From Azolla caroliniana (Eukaryota > Plantae > Polypodiophyta), in the NCBI GenBank assembly GCA_043228905.1, contig JBHGNT010000010.1:6448001-6512000 (forward strand): a DNA stretch of 64,000 nucleotides, written 5' to 3'. Under the pieces are notes generated by a model. The model was not told the DNA's origin, did not search any database, and saw nothing but the letters and a program-made list of their open reading frames with translations. This document shows, piece by piece, positions 61,172-64,000 of the stretch. Position 1 is the stretch's first letter, and each line of letters begins with the position of its first letter. The position numbers and the translations under genes are program-made.

Positions 61172-64000
61172 TGTTACCGGCCGGAAAAGGAGTTCAGAGT
61201 GTGAAACGGGGAGTTATTTAATTAGTAGGAATGGTTGTAAGTAAGCTATGAGTGTGGACGGACGAACCGGAATCGGTATGCCGTTTCGGATCCGGACCGA
61301 TCCCGAACAGGTGCGGATGGCACCGTTTTGTACTACAGACTGGGAACCTATTTAAAGGCCCACATACAATGTAATGAGGAGCGGTTAACTAATAAAGCTT
61401 AGTGTTGTTATCTCTCTGTGTTAATTGTCGTTCTGCATTCATTGTTATATTTTACGCGTGTGAATATTAAGGACAATCTTGCTAAGTAACTTAATTAAGT
61501 CGGATTAAGCGTTGAGTCTAATCTTGTTGCCGGAACACCCCTTTGGTGAAGTGTCTTCCGTAGACACACCCTGTGTTAGGCCATTGTCCGGCCCTAAGAG
61601 TTAACACAGTTTTTGGCGATCACGATTCCTGTTTTTGCAGCGAACGACGGCACGGATGGATGACTAGATCAACGCACGACCTGGTTACAAATCGAACTCG
61701 ACGCCTTGCCGAAAGGCAAAGGAGACATGAGGCTTTCCAGCAAGCGGCGCAAGAAATTAGAGCGGATCGCTCGTTTTCCAACGTAATCCGGAGAGTAGCG
61801 GACGACGCCCTCTGGTTACAGCAAACATCGCACCCGAACGACGGCAGCAGCCTAAGGAGCCTCCATGAAACCGAATCCCTTCTCCAGGCGTTGGCAAACG
61901 GAGAAGGCGAAGCAGAAGCCTTTTCAGCGTATGAATCGGATTCCGAAGGGGAATACAACGTGCACACGAACTACCGTAGCAGCAACGAAACCCCGGGCGG
62001 ACCGGAGGACGAAGGATCGGACACCTTACCGACACCGGAACCGGAAGTGCTAAGGCTGGAACCTCCGGAACCAGCAGAGGAAGAGCGACCTCCGACACCG
62101 GAAGTCGAAGAGGAGAGGCCTCCGTCACCAAAAGAAGAGGAAAGACCACCGACGCCGGAAACAAATCAAGAAAGACCACCGACGCCGGAGAAAATCCCGG
62201 AACGACCACCAACACTGCCAGCCCGCGCACCGATATCGGACGACGACATGTCGTTCCAGTACTCCAAGTATAGAGATGATCCGGACGCAGAAGCTCATGT
62301 TCACGTCTTTGAACAGACATGGGAAGCAAACCATGTGTCCCAGCGATTGATCCTGGAAGAAGAGGAACGCTCTAAGATAGCAGAATTTGGCGTCACATTG
62401 GAGGGACCGACAGCAAGATGGCGTCGGACGCAGGACCCGTCTACCATCACCACCTTCGCAGATTTAAAAGCTAAATTCTTGCATTTTTTCCAAAAGGAGG
62501 TGGACCAGACAGTAATGATGGGCTTATTTTATACCATCCGACAGGAGGCAGGGGAGAACATTCCCCAGTTTGTCATCCGGTTTCAACGGATGCATAGTCA
62601 GCTTGCCCGCGCACCCCCGGAGGAGGAATTACGGACTATATTCCTAAATGCGCTCCGGGAACCCCTACGCACGGTTTGCACAGTAATTGACTTGCGCACA
62701 AGTACCATCGACCAGGTCATTGACCGGGTGAGAGAGATAGAAAAGACAAGCTCCTGGCTCATACTGGGAGCACTCCAACGGGCATTACCGTCCAATGAAG
62801 ACCTCCGGTTTCGGCAAGCAATACAGTGCACAACCTGCTTGAATTCCGGACACTCGGCACTAGAATGCACTATGAGGACGCAATGTGTAATCTGTCAATC
62901 CAAGGGCCATATGACGGATAGGTGCGAGTATAATCTATTGAACCGGCAAGCACCGCTCGTCCGACAAATAGAGCCACGCACCAGCCGGGATGAAGAAGAG
63001 GAACGTTGGCGGCGAATGGACCGCGACCGACCGGCACAGGATGTCCGGTATGGCGATCGACGGGAGAATGATGTCCAGTACGGTGATCGGCGAGATAACT
63101 ATGACCGGCATGATAGATATGATCGGTACCAGGATTACAATAGACGATACGAACATTACGACCGGGAGCACTCCCCCGAGTATCGTCAGCAACGGGAGGA
63201 ATACGGCAGATATAACGACCAACCTCGTCAGGAGTACCGCAATAAGAAGAACTATAACAAAAAACGGCATTTCAAAAAAGGCGGCTACCCACTGGATCCG
63301 GAACAAGGAGCTTTAAGCAGCCAACCGGCCCAAAACCCCGCGCTTACCACGGGACCTGCCTCGGGTACAACAGACAATGCCGAATCTAGCAATACCCGGA
63401 AAGCCTACTGCTACTACTGTCGACATGAAGGCCATTATAGTAATCAATGCCCGGCGAAGAGCTATGACAAACGACCGGCAGTAAATATGGTAGTCCCTGA
63501 AGTGGCAGATTTGCAGCAGGTGACCACAAGGTCAAAGGGCATGGTCAAGGAATGGGAGACGCAGGAGACCATCCGGAAGCAAGCGAGGGAATGGGTGAAA
63601 AAAGCAAACGAGCAAAATGTCACAGACTTACAGCAGCAAAAGGAGAATACCGTAGGGCTGGCCAGCGGCAGACACTCCGAGAACGAGACATGGTTGGCGT
63701 TGCAAGAATGCCAGATTACGCTGCCACTAGGAAGAATCCTACAGCTCGTGCCAAGATTCACGGAAGGACTGAAGACGGCCATGACGGCAGGAGAATCATC
63801 AACGGCACCGATACTCTTCTCGAATCCGGAGGAGGGACCAACGGTGGTGGACACCAACAGTCCGGTAATCACTGCCATTGTCAAAGGGAAAGAACTCCCC
63901 GGCACAGTTATAGATGGAGGCTCCGGGGTGAATGTAATAACCCTCCGGACGTGTGATGCCCTGGGAATCCATGAGTGGGAGCCGTGTCCGTTCTGGTTAC
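61172..64000 (+). mobile_element. Young Ty3/Gypsy non-chromovirus element 'L' (5' LTR ~61172-61606), continuing beyond the window
   Basis: tgtta...taaca LTR inserted in the LTR of Copia J, a PBS-like tggcgatcacg at ~61614, and a long open frame. Confidence 0.85.
61660..64000 (+). CDS. gag-pol: Open gag-protease polyprotein (at least 780 codons, no stop in the window; absent from the supplied ORF track)
   Basis: Hand translation of frame +1 from ATG 61660 gives Pro/Glu repeats, a gag core, three CX2CX4HX4C knuckles and the protease motif VIDGGSGVNVI. Confidence 0.88.
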   Translation, partial: MTRSTHDLVTNRTRRLAERQRRHEAFQQAAQEIRADRSFSNVIRRVADDALWLQQTSHPNDGSSLRSLHETESLLQALANGEGEAEAFSAYESDSEGEYNVHTNYRSSNETPGGPEDEGSDTLPTPEPEVLRLEPPEPAEEERPPTPEVEEERPPSPKEEERPPTPETNQERPPTPEKIPERPPTLPARAPISDDDMSFQYSKYRDDPDAEAHVHVFEQTWEANHVSQRLILEEEERSKIAEFGVTLEGPTARWRRTQDPSTITTFADLKAKFLHFFQKEVDQTVMMGLFYTIRQEAGENIPQFVIRFQRMHSQLARAPPEEELRTIFLNALREPLRTVCTVIDLRTSTIDQVIDRVREIEKTSSWLILGALQRALPSNEDLRFRQAIQCTTCLNSGHSALECTMRTQCVICQSKGHMTDRCEYNLLNRQAPLVRQIEPRTSRDEEEERWRRMDRDRPAQDVRYGDRRENDVQYGDRRDNYDRHDRYDRYQDYNRRYEHYDREHSPEYRQQREEYGRYNDQPRQEYRNKKNYNKKRHFKKGGYPLDPEQGALSSQPAQNPALTTGPASGTTDNAESSNTRKAYCYYCRHEGHYSNQCPAKSYDKRPAVNMVVPEVADLQQVTTRSKGMVKEWETQETIRKQAREWVKKANEQNVTDLQQQKENTVGLASGRHSENETWLALQECQITLPLGRILQLVPRFTEGLKTAMTAGESSTAPILFSNPEEGPTVVDTNSPVITAIVKGKELPGTVIDGGSGVNVITLRTCDALGIHEWEPCPFWL

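Overview
This is eukaryotic plant nuclear DNA. The host is probably a non-seed plant such as a fern; this is inferred from Tcn1-like and Phygy-like Ty3/Gypsy lineages and abundant (AG)n/(AC)n repeats. It holds one recognisable host gene, an uninterrupted 898-codon GRAS transcription factor ORF of the LATERAL SUPPRESSOR/MOC1/SCL18 type (24573-27269, minus strand) expanded by low-complexity insertions. The gene sits in an AT-rich, microsatellite-rich island (~15-36 kb) between two nests of LTR retrotransposons (1-15 kb and 36-64 kb). The nests contain decayed Ty1/Copia elements and solo LTRs, Phygy-like Gypsy elements (one near full length, two non-autonomous, one solo LTR), a Tcn1-like chromovirus, a young Gypsy whose gag-protease ORF runs off the right edge, a hAT-type MITE, a LINE fragment and a plastid psbC fragment; two further MITEs lie in the island. 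The most unusual signals are: (i) antisense tRNA-like A-box/B-box modules at tRNA spacing in the U3 of LTRs from two unrelated Gypsy lineages; (ii) all four Phygy-like insertions sit in Copia pol sequence at 4-bp nCGn sites; (iii) a self-priming PBS and a -1 frameshift signal in the Tcn1-like element; (iv) several DNA-break repair scars. All coordinates were read by eye and lineage names are motif-based inferences; no database search was run.
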